In this document: piece after piece, positions 32,678-42,564 of the stretch
Layout: each line of letters starts with the position of its first letter
Numbering within the stretch: the stretch's first letter is position 1
Assembly (NCBI GenBank): GCA_024672315.1
Contig: GCA_024672315.1_4714.1
Origin: a phage
Reading direction: 5' to 3' (one strand)
DNA length: 64,000 nt
Position numbers and translations under genes: made by a program
Notes under the pieces: generated by a model
Told to the model about the DNA's origin: nothing
Databases searched by the model: none
The model's input: the letters and a program-made list of their open reading frames with translations, nothing else

Positions 32678-32963
32678 GTTCTTTATCCTTTAAAGCGTTT
32701 TCTAACCAGCGGACATAACTTTCACGATAAAGGTGAATATGTCTTTTACCGTCGCGAAAGTTAGGGTCAATAAGATGAATCGCAGCATGGGTTGAAGTCA
32801 TCGCATGCTGTAAATGTTTTCGTGTTAATCGTCCAAGTTTTACCCAGCGTTGAATATACCGCGCGTCTGCCGCTAAACAGGTACGTTCGTCGATGAAAGG
32901 TACCAATACCTGAACGATACTACCGTAATACACCATCGAGCTGTTGAACATCTGCGTCTCCAT
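32670..32963 (-). CDS. hypothetical protein (97 aa)
   Basis: ORF. Confidence 0.45.
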   Translation of the reverse strand: METQMFNSSMVYYGSIVQVLVPFIDERTCLAADARYIQRWVKLGRLTRKHLQHAMTSTHAAIHLIDPNFRDGKRHIHLYRESYVRWLENALKDKEHE

Positions 32964-32981
32964 GCAAATGGATGGGGCGGA

Positions 32982-33290
32982 TTAGTGAAGAATTACCGTT
33001 TGCGACCCTTTCTCATACTCGGTAAGTAACTCGTCATATCGACGATCGACCGCCTTGATTGCATTATCGATCTCTGTCGTGTCTGATACAACAGATCGTT
33101 TCGCTTCCAGTCGATATACTAACGCATCACGCATACCCTCGGCAGCAGCGAGTTCACAGGTTGCTTGATGTTTATTATCCGAAAAGACGAAGAATGGTTT
33201 GTTCTCTTCATCAGCCAAGAAGTAGTCACGAATCGCAACCAACCTTTCTTCTGGAACCAGTTCACAATTGTTTTCGTTCATTCTCATCAT
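32982..33290 (-). CDS. hypothetical protein (102 aa)
   Basis: ORF. Confidence 0.45.
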   Translation of the reverse strand: MMRMNENNCELVPEERLVAIRDYFLADEENKPFFVFSDNKHQATCELAAAEGMRDALVYRLEAKRSVVSDTTEIDNAIKAVDRRYDELLTEYEKGSQTVILH

Positions 33291-33295
33291 CTCTC

Positions 33296-33628
33296 TTAAA
33301 GTTTTAACGTATTGACGCCGCTTATAAAGGCGTTGATTTCATTGTCGATGTTACCGGTTTGCTCGATAATCTTCTCCACCATCAATCTTGGTTTGTTATA
33401 AGCAATGCTTACAGCATCGGGACCATTTCCATACATGCTCGCGACGTAAATTCGAAGTTCTTTTAAACGATCAAGTAACAACTGCGCGATTTCCAGAACT
33501 TCTTCTGTGGCGGTCTGTGTGTTGCATTCGCGTAACTTGTGCTCTAACAGCGAAGTCGCAGCATCGAGCATGGATGTGTATTTACGATAGTTATAAATAT
33601 CAATTATAGCTGTCTGATTCATATACAC
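33296..33628 (-). CDS. hypothetical protein (110 aa)
   Basis: ORF. Confidence 0.45.
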   Translation of the reverse strand: MYMNQTAIIDIYNYRKYTSMLDAATSLLEHKLRECNTQTATEEVLEIAQLLLDRLKELRIYVASMYGNGPDAVSIAYNKPRLMVEKIIEQTGNIDNEINAFISGVNTLKL

Positions 33629-33633
33629 GTTGT

Positions 33634-34002
33634 TTATTTATCGGGGTCTGGAAAATAGTAAAATCGCCAATGTAACATAGAAATCGCATTTCTTATTCGA
33701 TTCGCACGAACACAGCGTCCGAGAAAGGACTTGTAGCAAGAATCGCGATCCATAAACAACTCGTGGCTCGATTTCATCAGAACCACGATGTCTCTTATAT
33801 ACGAATTGCAGTACTCGATAAACGGATCTGTATCGTACGTATATTTCCTCGCACTACCTATCCCCAACTCCCTATTTAACTCACGACAATTTATCATGAG
33901 CTTCACATAACGGATAAGCCGAACGAAGTCACGTAAATTACGATTAAACCAATATCGATACCAAAATGACTGTATACCCCAACCAGTTCTATTTAACTTC
34001 AT
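33634..34002 (-). CDS. hypothetical protein (122 aa)
   Basis: ORF. Confidence 0.45.
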   Translation of the reverse strand: MKLNRTGWGIQSFWYRYWFNRNLRDFVRLIRYVKLMINCRELNRELGIGSARKYTYDTDPFIEYCNSYIRDIVVLMKSSHELFMDRDSCYKSFLGRCVRANRIRNAISMLHWRFYYFPDPDK

Positions 34003-34633
34003 TGATACCTTCTATTAGTTGTACAGCAACTTCTTTTTCGGTGCTATAAAAGAACTTGCGGTGGAACTGAACAAGAAGCTTTTCGAATTTACATTGAACG
34101 ATCTTTTTGCGTTCAATATGGCCTAGGGAGAGCAAAGCACCCATACAGCGTACCGCTTGTTCGAGAACCTGTTTCGCGGTATCGTGATCGTCCGGTAACG
34201 GTAAATCTTCCTCATCATCTTTAGCGATAAGACGTCTAATGATGTTATCGATACGTATCTCATCACCGTTAATAAAAGCCCCCTTCTCCCATTCATCAAA
34301 TCGTTGATGGATTCGACGTTGTAAATTGGCCCTGTCTTCCATTAACTCTTTTAACTGGCTTTCTAAGTGGGATATGGTACGGCGGTCGGTATCAGTAAAG
34401 TTTTCCGATTCTTTGTACCACCAATCATTACGCGCTTGTAAGTCATTGATGCGAGAAATCGTCCGACGACACTCGTTAACAAACACATCACCGTTCGATA
34501 GCTCTGTACCGAAATAGCATTTGTATTTATAACGCATGACACGGATTAAACGTTTCGCTAGAAAACCTTGTTTCTCTAGTTTCTTCTTCAGTTGGGTGTA
34601 TTTCTCTTCTTTTGTTTCCGCGATATCTTTCAT
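33989..34633 (-). CDS. hypothetical protein (214 aa)
   Basis: ORF. Confidence 0.45.
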   Translation of the reverse strand: MKDIAETKEEKYTQLKKKLEKQGFLAKRLIRVMRYKYKCYFGTELSNGDVFVNECRRTISRINDLQARNDWWYKESENFTDTDRRTISHLESQLKELMEDRANLQRRIHQRFDEWEKGAFINGDEIRIDNIIRRLIAKDDEEDLPLPDDHDTAKQVLEQAVRCMGALLSLGHIERKKIVQCKFEKLLVQFHRKFFYSTEKEVAVQLIEGINEVK

Positions 34634-34980
34634 GCCATATTCTCCGTTATATGCTTTAAACTGTTACGTACACTTTTCAATCGATGGTTAAATCCGGAAC
34701 GATAACATTTCCGTACAACCCATGGCGCTCGCGCTTTATTCGCCTGATGAAGCTGTTCATTGACCTGCGACGCTATACGTAAACGCTCTAATAAAGACCT
34801 CAACCGAACGACAACCAACGGCTGTTCTTTCACCTTCTCTAGTTTGAGTAAAGAGTCAATATGAAACTTTATTTCGATAATCTGATTCCTGTTTTTGCGG
34901 TACTGATGAATATACCAGCATCGACGAAAATAAGTGATGCTAAGCATAGGGTAGATCCTCTTCAACGCTATCTCCAACAA
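34630..34980 (-). CDS. hypothetical protein (116 aa)
   Basis: ORF. Confidence 0.45.
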   Translation of the reverse strand: MLEIALKRIYPMLSITYFRRCWYIHQYRKNRNQIIEIKFHIDSLLKLEKVKEQPLVVVRLRSLLERLRIASQVNEQLHQANKARAPWVVRKCYRSGFNHRLKSVRNSLKHITENMA

Positions 34981-35165
34981 TACATCGGATTAGGTGCTTT
35001 ATGGCATTTATAAATACCTACTTTCTTCTGTCTGCCTTTACCTGGGCCTCGTTTAATACGTTTGTTATAAACACGATCCAAATATCGAGTGGCGATAAAT
35101 CGGGATGAATACATCGGGTCGATATATTCTAGCGTACCTGCTTCTGTCACTTCGAGACATTGCAT
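34968..35165 (-). CDS. small basic protein with KRGPGKGR motif (65 aa)
   Basis: YNKRIKRGPGKGRQKKVGIY; paralogous motif with 18491-18718 and two neighbours. Confidence 0.45.
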   Translation of the reverse strand: MQCLEVTEAGTLEYIDPMYSSRFIATRYLDRVYNKRIKRGPGKGRQKKVGIYKCHKAPNPMYCWR

Positions 35166-35190
35166 GCGTAACCTCTCTTTCCTCTAAAAG

Positions 35191-35394
35191 TCAGTCCAAC
35201 ATAAGCCACGGCATCGCTTTCGCGATAGAATCCACCGCAGCATTTGCGATCCTTCGTTCAGTCGTTGGTACCACATGCGCCACGAACCGTTTTCCTTTAT
35301 TGCAACCTTTCTTGTGTTTTCCTTTGACCAAACGAACGCCAATCATGTCGTTGATAACATGATTTAGTATATGGCGCTGTAGAGAATTAATCAT
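35191..35394 (-). CDS. small basic protein with KGKHKKGCNKGK motif (~67 aa)
   Basis: IGVRLVKGKHKKGCNKGKRF; ATG at 35394. Confidence 0.45.
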   Translation of the reverse strand: MINSLQRHILNHVINDMIGVRLVKGKHKKGCNKGKRFVAHVVPTTERRIANAAVDSIAKAMPWLMLD

Positions 35395-35533
35395 CACTTT
35401 TACTCCAGGCAGAGAAGATTCTCGGTTTTAGTTCTATCTGTCCGTATATCCAGGTGTATCTCCATTTACCTTTACGAGGACCTTTCTTATTTTTAACACC
35501 TATCAGAATACGATAGGGGTATGACCAGGCCAT
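35387..35533 (-). CDS. small basic protein with KNKKGPRKGK motif (48 aa), not in ORF track
   Basis: ATG at 35533 with AGGAG RBS; MAWSYPYRILIGVKNKKGPRKGKWRY...; stop overlaps next start. Confidence 0.4.
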   Translation of the reverse strand: MAWSYPYRILIGVKNKKGPRKGKWRYTWIYGQIELKPRIFSAWSKSDD

Positions 35534-35563
35534 TCTAAACTCCTAAAATAAATCTCGATATTC

Positions 35564-35857
35564 TTAATGCAATTGCTTCTTAAAACCTAATTTAAGAAGC
35601 GTCATTCTCTTGTCGATGGTATCTAATGCTTCCAGCAAGGATTTACGCTGCTCCTTTGTAAGCATATCGACGCGTAGACGTTCGTTAATTTCCGCTTTAA
35701 GCTGTATAGGAAGGGTTTGTGTAAGTATGCTATCAGCCTCCATCTCGTAACTATTTTTCGGTGTGGGTAATGCTTCAGTAACACCAGTGAGATAAAAACC
35801 GATAGTGGTTACTCGTTCATCCATTGCTTCTAGCAGTTCAGAACTTACCTCATCCAC
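35564..35857 (-). CDS. hypothetical protein (~97 aa; start uncertain)
   Basis: Track GTG start at 35890 lies inside a hairpin; GTG at 35857 has GGAGAA RBS; ATG at 35824 is an alternative. Confidence 0.35.
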   Translation of the reverse strand: MDEVSSELLEAMDERVTTIGFYLTGVTEALPTPKNSYEMEADSILTQTLPIQLKAEINERLRVDMLTKEQRKSLLEALDTIDKRMTLLKLGFKKQLH

Positions 35858-35874
35858 GATAGTTCTCCGTATTA

Positions 35875-35892
35875 GGGTGGGCGTACCCACCC
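35875..35892 (-). terminator. hairpin downstream of thymidylate synthase gene
   Basis: gggtgg-gcgtac-ccaccc. Confidence 0.45.
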
Positions 35893-35904
35893 TCAGTTGT
35901 TAAT

Positions 35905-36924
35905 TTACACCGCCACCTTAGCCTTGATAGCCGGATGTGATTGATATCCAACAAACACAAAGTCTTCGTAACGGTAATCCGTAATACTTTCCGGTTTACG
36001 TACGATTGTTAGCTTCGGTAATGGATACGGCTCACGACTGAGCTGCTCTTTAACCTGTTCGAAGTGGTTGTGATAGATGTGGCAATCTCCACCCGTCCAC
36101 ACGAACTCACCAACGTCCATATTCAGCTGTTGGGCAAGCATATGTGTTAACAACGAATATGATGCGATGTTGAACGGTGTTCCAAGCAGCGCGTCCTGCG
36201 ATCTCGCGATCAGCATACACGACAAGGCACGTGTTGGTACGTTATGCGCATTCAACCAAAGTTCCGTTTCACTGTGTCGTACGTCATCCGTAACCCACTG
36301 GGTTCTTAATACGTCATTGTGCTGGACATAATCAACACGTTCATCGATCGTGAGTTCGTGGGTATAGAACTGATAAAATGAATGGCACGCGGGAAGCGCC
36401 ATATCGTCTAAATCACCTACGTTCCACGCGCTAACGATGATCCGTCGAGAATCAGGATCTTCTTTAAGCTGACGCATCACGTTTGCAATCTGATCGTGAG
36501 GTTTAACATACACGAGGTGTTTTAGCATACCGCCATCAAGAATGCCGCAATATTCATAGCCGCGTTGCATCAACTCACGAGTACGTTCTGTATCGTGCGG
36601 AACAACCACTTTGTAGTCGATCCATTCCCGCCATTGTTTGCCGTAAATCGGTCCTAGATTCCCTTCTTCGTCAGCCCATTCATTCCAAATACGAACACCG
36701 TTATCTTGAAGATAAGCAACGTTTGTGTCGCCGTTAAGAAACCAGAGCAGTTCGTGGATAACGCTCTTAAGGTGAATCTTCTTGGTGGTTACCAGCGGAA
36801 ATCCTTTCTTCAAGTCAAAACGCATTTGACGCCCGAATACAGAACGGGTCCCGGTGCCCGTGCGGTCGGCCTTATCGCGACCGTTATCCATGATGTCTTG
36901 CAAAAGGTCCAAATACTGTTTCAT
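35905..36924 (-). CDS. thyA: thymidylate synthase (339 aa) with two insertions
   Basis: Near-identical blocks to bacterial ThyA ([37 protein letters not shown] catalytic Cys, [20 protein letters not shown]); extra segments at ~residues 102-143 and 191-233. Confidence 0.85.
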   Translation of the reverse strand: MKQYLDLLQDIMDNGRDKADRTGTGTRSVFGRQMRFDLKKGFPLVTTKKIHLKSVIHELLWFLNGDTNVAYLQDNGVRIWNEWADEEGNLGPIYGKQWREWIDYKVVVPHDTERTRELMQRGYEYCGILDGGMLKHLVYVKPHDQIANVMRQLKEDPDSRRIIVSAWNVGDLDDMALPACHSFYQFYTHELTIDERVDYVQHNDVLRTQWVTDDVRHSETELWLNAHNVPTRALSCMLIARSQDALLGTPFNIASYSLLTHMLAQQLNMDVGEFVWTGGDCHIYHNHFEQVKEQLSREPYPLPKLTIVRKPESITDYRYEDFVFVGYQSHPAIKAKVAV

Positions 36925-37124
36925 TTTAATCCTCTAAGTGTTTCGAATAGTTCCTGAAATTTATAACGATATTTAGGATCGCTTAACGTGTAACAGCAAC
37001 CATGTAACACGTTATACGCGTAATCAACTTGTAAACCACGAACCTTCGGATCCAATGATAGATTCAACGGCGCATCATCAAAAATCCACGCTTCAATGTT
37101 CTTCTTGGATTCCTTCGTTAACAT
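36921..37124 (-). CDS. hypothetical protein (67 aa)
   Basis: ORF; stop overlaps thyA start. Confidence 0.4.
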   Translation of the reverse strand: MLTKESKKNIEAWIFDDAPLNLSLDPKVRGLQVDYAYNVLHGCCYTLSDPKYRYKFQELFETLRGLK

Positions 37125-37257
37125 CGTTTTTCACCTCGTCGTAAAAGTAAATAGAGTTTTGTCGAGACGCCCTAATTACTTACAACGTCGGTTCTCCCGG
37201 CTTCAGAGAATTCTTAAAATCCGTTAGTTTTGATAGATAGGGTAAGACGGCATAAAA

Positions 37258-37276
37258 GCCTCCCATTACGGGAGGC
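37258..37276 (-). terminator. hairpin plus T-tract
   Basis: gcctccc-attac-gggaggc followed on minus strand by TTTTATGCCG; 14 nt after stop at 37290. Confidence 0.6.
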
Positions 37277-37289
37277 TCTATTAATCAGC

Positions 37290-37838
37290 TTATTTCACAA
37301 GAACAGCGAATTCGAGAACATGAATAGCTTCATCGTCCATCGGATTTGTCGTGGTATAACCGACGAAGCAATAGCCCATATCCACGATAAACTCTCTAAG
37401 TTTATCGATGACTGATGCCCCGATACGATCGTCAACAGACAGGCGACATTTACGGGTTATGTTTTGCCCGCGAGGAACGCCAGCTAACACGGATAGGAAA
37501 TGTACGATCTGGTTATTGGTTGCGAACTGCACGTAATCATCGTAGTGCTTAAGGTCTTTCATCGCAGACTCTACCGTCATACGACGACCAGGTGACACAT
37601 ACTCAGAATAAGAATAAGCTGCAATCGTGCGGCGGTCTTCAGTGAGGTAAGTATTCCCATCAGGATGATAACTCTCGATTGTTCCGTCTTCATAAGCGAC
37701 GGTCACAACAGGTGCGCCGTACTCGTCGCGACCAAAATCAATTTTACATTTATCCGAAAGCGGTAGAACCGTGCAAGGCTTTGCGTTGTTCTCATCTGGA
37801 AGATCGTAACCGCTCATCATTTTCAAAAACATAGACAT
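37290..37838 (-). CDS. hypothetical protein (182 aa), paralog of 37925-38458
   Basis: N-terminus MFLKMMSGYDLPDENNAKPCTVLPL similar to VIVKVMANCDTSDRNNAKPFTLHVV of neighbour. Confidence 0.5.
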   Translation of the reverse strand: MSMFLKMMSGYDLPDENNAKPCTVLPLSDKCKIDFGRDEYGAPVVTVAYEDGTIESYHPDGNTYLTEDRRTIAAYSYSEYVSPGRRMTVESAMKDLKHYDDYVQFATNNQIVHFLSVLAGVPRGQNITRKCRLSVDDRIGASVIDKLREFIVDMGYCFVGYTTTNPMDDEAIHVLEFAVLVK

Positions 37839-37890
37839 AATAGAACCTCATGATAATAGATAATAGAAATGATAGATAGTACAACAAATT

Positions 37891-37914
37891 GAGGGGGTAT
37901 TATCCCACCCCCTC
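37891..37914 (-). terminator. hairpin
   Basis: gagggggt-attatccc-accccctc, 11 nt after stop at 37925. Confidence 0.5.
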
Positions 37915-37924
37915 GTAGGGATTA

Positions 37925-38458
37925 TTATCTGACGACTGCGGTGATTTTGCCATCCATGCCGTCGTAATATGCTGTTAACTTACCAGTAAACAACTCTTCT
38001 AAAAGATGATTTACATCACTAACAAAGTTAGGATTGCCCGCTTTTACAAACTCGATATGACGCGTTTGTTTTACATCACGATCGATTAAACGGATTTCCA
38101 ACAACGCACAAATAAGGCTATCGTTAAGTTTGCCATTCAAATCCAACGCTTTCCCATACGTCGTAGCACGGACGTCTGCATACATACGGTCAACATCATC
38201 CTTCCCAAAACCACAGGAATAGGCGTACGTTGCGATGGTATTACCATTGTCCATTACATAAACGTTACCGCCTGGGTAATCGATGAATCGTTGATCCTTA
38301 TCGCCATGAGCGACGAACTCCAGTGTCGGTCTACCTAGTGAATCACGATTGAATTCGATTGTGGTCAAGCGATCTGGTACCACATGTAACGTAAACGGTT
38401 TTGCGTTGTTACGATCGCTAGTATCGCAGTTAGCCATTACTTTTACAATAACACTCAT
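37925..38458 (-). CDS. hypothetical protein (177 aa), paralog of 37290-37838
   Basis: See paralog; ORF. Confidence 0.5.
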   Translation of the reverse strand: MSVIVKVMANCDTSDRNNAKPFTLHVVPDRLTTIEFNRDSLGRPTLEFVAHGDKDQRFIDYPGGNVYVMDNGNTIATYAYSCGFGKDDVDRMYADVRATTYGKALDLNGKLNDSLICALLEIRLIDRDVKQTRHIEFVKAGNPNFVSDVNHLLEELFTGKLTAYYDGMDGKITAVVR

Positions 38459-38532
38459 GTTTTATTCCTTAGTAGTCCTAGTAGTAGTATTGAGGAATTT
38501 CACCTCATTAGATAGTCTAATTTAGTAATGTT

Positions 38533-38832
38533 TTACTGAAACAAGACATTAAATTCGACGAGATATCCATCGGCTCTATCACCGCGATATCTGTTGCAGA
38601 AAACACCGAATTTCATCAAGAACGCACATAACTCTTCGGCTTTGTATAACGGAATACGATTTTCGTCGAGCAGAGGACACTTATGGCTAACCCGCTCCGA
38701 CGAATCAACGCAACACAAATAAAGAAGGAATCGAACAATAGCTTGGTTCTTAGTGAAGCTCTCGAATTGACCCGCGGTTCTGAACTCATCGAGGAGCTTT
38801 GTCGTTTTCTTCAATCGTTCACGATCAAGCAT
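38533..38832 (-). CDS. hypothetical protein (~99 aa)
   Basis: Start reassigned to ATG 38832 (MLDRERLKK) with GAGGT RBS; track start 38865 lies inside hairpin. Confidence 0.45.
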   Translation of the reverse strand: MLDRERLKKTTKLLDEFRTAGQFESFTKNQAIVRFLLYLCCVDSSERVSHKCPLLDENRIPLYKAEELCAFLMKFGVFCNRYRGDRADGYLVEFNVLFQ

Positions 38833-38854
38833 GTTAACCTCAATACGAACATAA

Positions 38855-38886
38855 CCCTCCTCCAACCCAACAGGGAAGGAGGAGGG
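38855..38886 (-). terminator. hairpin
   Basis: ccctcctcc-N14-ggaggaggg, 10 nt after stop at 38896. Confidence 0.5.
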
Positions 38887-38895
38887 AATATGCTG

Positions 38896-39210
38896 TTATT
38901 CTGTTTTCGGTGTTGAACCGTTCTTCTTGAAGTCGGATTCGTATTTCACGTTAGAATCGAGAACCTCACGAACGGTTTTATCTGTACAACCACGAGCGAT
39001 GTACGCATTAAGATCGTCGCGTAATTTACGCATCGTTGTTTTATCAGCATCAGAAATATCTGACTTGGTAAGACGGAATGCAATTGCATCACGAACTTTA
39101 TTCAGCGTTGCTGGGTTATTACGCTGTTCTGCAAATACTGCTTTGATGAATGTACCGCTATCTTTCGAAGCGACGGCTGCATCAAGAATCTCAATATGCT
39201 TTTCAGACAT
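38896..39210 (-). CDS. hypothetical protein (104 aa)
   Basis: ORF. Confidence 0.45.
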   Translation of the reverse strand: MSEKHIEILDAAVASKDSGTFIKAVFAEQRNNPATLNKVRDAIAFRLTKSDISDADKTTMRKLRDDLNAYIARGCTDKTVREVLDSNVKYESDFKKNGSTPKTE

Positions 39211-39243
39211 CTTCTTTCCTTTAATAAACGATCATCGTCATAT

Positions 39244-40464
39244 TCATTTAGACACCGCCATGCTTCGCGCCATCGCAACGTCATACGCATCCATGATTGC
39301 ATCACCGATAGCGGTATGACGGATCAACGGAATACCCATATCTGGGTACTCTTTGGTGCCTAAGATGGATACCGGTTTGTCTTGATACGCGGCAATCATC
39401 GAACGAATATCCTGAACCTGGTTATAACGGCAGATTGGTTTGAAGCCCGCCTTACGGAACCAATGCTCCAATTGAGGCCAATCTGTTTCGCCACGAGCAA
39501 GATAATAGAAGGTATCTTTACCGTAGTAATCAGTAAACACTTCACGAATTGTATTAATAAACTCGTTTACTTCGGCGACGGCTTCTTTATAATCCATCAC
39601 TTTACTATGTTGAAAACAATAGTCACGCGCTTCCTTCGGTGCTTTGGTTTGCCACCATTCTACCGTTGATTCACTGATACGACCACCGTCAACGATTTGA
39701 CCGTGAACGTCAGGGAAGATATCTATACGTGGGCCGTTAGCAACGGATTCCGGATTAGCTAGATCAAAGAACACAATACCGATTTCCAGCAGTACCCCGT
39801 TCTTTTCCAGACTGAGATTCTCAACATCCAGACAAAAAGCGGGTTTCTCTACCGCCGATAAATCAAAACGTCCTTCATATCGTGGAGCTAGCTCAGCACC
39901 GAGGAACGTCTCTCGGATGAACTGGGAGAATGTTATATTCTCTGCTACTAAATCAATACCTAATTTACTTAGCAGAGGTATAAGTTCACGGTCGTTCTGC
40001 TTAATTAGCAACATCACTTGGTCGTTGACACAACAACTAATTGAGTAAAAGAGATGAACGATATCTAACGGTTTGTACGGAGCCTCAAAAATATGAGTCT
40101 GGAACGATTGGGCTAGCGCCTTATGCGTTTCTTCACGATGATTCATCAGTTGGAAAATAGCACAGCGCAGATAATGTCGAAGTGTTATCCCGTGAAGATG
40201 CGACGTATCTTCTTGAAATAACGTCATGAAACCGTGATACGTATAATACTCTCCTCTTTTAATTTCTTCGTGGAGTTCTTTGTTCCCCTTTATTTCCTCT
40301 GGTGTTATCGGTTCGATTTGATCGAGGATAATGTTGAGCAGGTCACTGCCGTGTACCTTAAACAGTTTTTCAACGGCAAGATTAGGTAATGTCGCAATCG
40401 CTGCGTACATTAATGTTTCTGCGGGATTAAGTTCTTTATTGTCAATTGTGATGGTTAAAGCCAT
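39244..40464 (-). CDS. DEDDh-type 3'-5' exonuclease with ~200-aa N-terminal extension (406 aa)
   Basis: Exo I FCLDVENLSLEKNGVLLEIGIVFFD (DxE) and Exo III HTAIGDAIMDAYD in C-terminal half; start set to ATG 40464 with GAGGT RBS. Confidence 0.6.
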   Translation of the reverse strand: MALTITIDNKELNPAETLMYAAIATLPNLAVEKLFKVHGSDLLNIILDQIEPITPEEIKGNKELHEEIKRGEYYTYHGFMTLFQEDTSHLHGITLRHYLRCAIFQLMNHREETHKALAQSFQTHIFEAPYKPLDIVHLFYSISCCVNDQVMLLIKQNDRELIPLLSKLGIDLVAENITFSQFIRETFLGAELAPRYEGRFDLSAVEKPAFCLDVENLSLEKNGVLLEIGIVFFDLANPESVANGPRIDIFPDVHGQIVDGGRISESTVEWWQTKAPKEARDYCFQHSKVMDYKEAVAEVNEFINTIREVFTDYYGKDTFYYLARGETDWPQLEHWFRKAGFKPICRYNQVQDIRSMIAAYQDKPVSILGTKEYPDMGIPLIRHTAIGDAIMDAYDVAMARSMAVSK

Positions 40465-40489
40465 TTTATTATACCTCATCGAAATCAAA

Positions 40490-40831
40490 TTAGTTCAGTT
40501 CTGGTTTATCAGCAGCCAGACCAAGTCCAGCTAATATCACGTAGTCGTACCAAGCTTTTACTTTTGCTTTCGCTTCATCTAAACTATCAGCGTTGATGTG
40601 CGGAAACTCCTCGTTGACTGGGAAAGGTAAATCGCAGTCGTAGCTGGTATAATCCTTCCAACCTTTCCATTCGATAGTTAAAGAACCAAAAACGGTCTCA
40701 GCGACAATATGGTTATAGCGGCATTCTTCACATGGCGCGCGCTCTCCCGACCAAACAAGCTCATGCTGCGCTAAAAGTTGTTGTACGACCGATAACGGCT
40801 GCTCTTCATTAAGTTCGATACTGTCTATCAT
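40490..40831 (-). CDS. hypothetical protein (113 aa)
   Basis: ORF. Confidence 0.45.
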   Translation of the reverse strand: MIDSIELNEEQPLSVVQQLLAQHELVWSGERAPCEECRYNHIVAETVFGSLTIEWKGWKDYTSYDCDLPFPVNEEFPHINADSLDEAKAKVKAWYDYVILAGLGLAADKPELN

Positions 40832-41424
40832 CGCATACCCTCCTTTTCCTTATCGTAATCGCTGCAAATATTGACAAACGCCGTATTATCAGACAGCCTG
40901 CTGACCATCTGACGGATTGCGACCAATGGTTCAAGTTTAGGATTGATTGATTCACCAGTCAACGCGCTTATTGCTCGTGTGATCTCAACCAAATCAACGT
41001 TCGGGTCTTTGTCATCGATAATAAGCAGACTCTTCGTTGGTTTCTGACGACGTTTGATGATCAACAAATACGTGATGAGGTTCTCACGCCAAGCGTCAGA
41101 ATCCAGATTACGTATTACGGTTAACGCGCGACGTTCTTCCGCCCATGATGGTTTCTCACGGATAACGGGCATGTAAGATAATTGCTCAGCAAGCCCTTTC
41201 AAACTGACCCGGTTGGTGCCACCGGGGTGCTCACTAATCCGCAACATCTCGGCTAACAGACGGACATAGGCGGTCGTTGTCGAAACGCCTCGTAACGGCA
41301 AGAACACATTATGTCCCGGAACCCCATCGTGACTCAGCGGTGCGATATATGCCATGAATCGCCGAATATCATCGTCGGTCTGTTCTCCAGCAACGAACTT
41401 AAACGCTTCCCGTAGAACGCTCAC
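40828..41424 (-). CDS. hypothetical protein (198 aa)
   Basis: ORF; ATGA-type overlap. Confidence 0.45.
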   Translation of the reverse strand: MSVLREAFKFVAGEQTDDDIRRFMAYIAPLSHDGVPGHNVFLPLRGVSTTTAYVRLLAEMLRISEHPGGTNRVSLKGLAEQLSYMPVIREKPSWAEERRALTVIRNLDSDAWRENLITYLLIIKRRQKPTKSLLIIDDKDPNVDLVEITRAISALTGESINPKLEPLVAIRQMVSRLSDNTAFVNICSDYDKEKEGMR

Positions 41425-41710
41425 TATGAAGTCTCCTTAATGTTTCTTGTATACGCAGTCTCTCCGGCAGGTACAGACGTTTGTATAGATCAACTAACAG
41501 ATAACGCATAACGGAAGCAACCACCAGGTATTCGCCTTCGGCTTCCGAGTAGCGTATCATGTTAATCGGGTAGTTCAAATAAGAATAAGAAAAGAGATCA
41601 TCGTTGGTGAGGTGATGATCTTCAAGATACTGACGAAACAATTTTGCTAAGGCATCGTACTCCATTCCGTAATAACACAACGACACCTGTCTTGCAGATA
41701 GTCGTTTCAT
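41399..41710 (-). CDS. hypothetical protein (103 aa)
   Basis: ORF. Confidence 0.4.
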   Translation of the reverse strand: MKRLSARQVSLCYYGMEYDALAKLFRQYLEDHHLTNDDLFSYSYLNYPINMIRYSEAEGEYLVVASVMRYLLVDLYKRLYLPERLRIQETLRRLHSERSTGSV

Positions 41711-42549
41711 GCTGGGTTACCTTTTAGTTTTCCGCGTATCATGTCGACAACGCGTGAGGGATCAGAAATAACATTGGCGATAAGATGATCGATAGGTAGG
41801 TCGAGAACGATTTTCTTCAGCTGGAAAATCGTATCTTTACGACGTACGCCATAGAACACGCCATCTTTAAACACAACCTCGTACGAAATGGGGAGCTGGC
41901 TGATAATCGTGTTAGCGTAATCACCCAACCACATCGACCCCGCCATCAGATGCGCACAAACCGCATGACTAATACGCACATCTTTGTTCTTCTGGCTAAC
42001 GTCTTTGATTTTCGACATGGTGACCAGAAGCTCACCGATCTTACAGAGCATATCGTCATATACCCCAAAGAACTTAATCAGTTGTCGGGCACCTAACGAT
42101 ATATATGTTTCTCGCGGTAAGACACAACACACTTGCGGTAACGTTCCAACCCCATAGACACAACTGTGTGGTGACAATGGGAGCAATTCAGCAACCGCGT
42201 TTTTGATGTTGTTATACTCAACGATATCATTGAACGGTGAAAGGCCTTTCGTAATCGGTTTATCAAGCGTTACATCAAACTCTGCGAATGTCCATGCTGC
42301 TTTACGGGGTTCCCCCTTCTGGTACGGTGGAGCCAATACCGCAACAACGCGAAGCCGATATTCATGGGTATCACGTAGCTTAAGTTGGACCCCCTCATCG
42401 TCTCCTTCACGCACCAGTATGTAGCGGCTTGCGCAGTCATCACATACCACCGTTGGTTCGTGTTGGCCGTATGCTGCAAGCATCGGTTTACTAAGATCTT
42501 TATCACAGTGTTTACAGCGATGATCCTGTTCCTGATAACTGATTTTCAC
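41707..42549 (-). CDS. zinc-ribbon-containing protein (280 aa)
   Basis: N-terminal CKHCDKDL...VVCDDC Cys4 motif. Confidence 0.5.
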   Translation of the reverse strand: MKISYQEQDHRCKHCDKDLSKPMLAAYGQHEPTVVCDDCASRYILVREGDDEGVQLKLRDTHEYRLRVVAVLAPPYQKGEPRKAAWTFAEFDVTLDKPITKGLSPFNDIVEYNNIKNAVAELLPLSPHSCVYGVGTLPQVCCVLPRETYISLGARQLIKFFGVYDDMLCKIGELLVTMSKIKDVSQKNKDVRISHAVCAHLMAGSMWLGDYANTIISQLPISYEVVFKDGVFYGVRRKDTIFQLKKIVLDLPIDHLIANVISDPSRVVDMIRGKLKGNPA

Positions 42550-42564
42550 ACCGAGACCCCTTTG

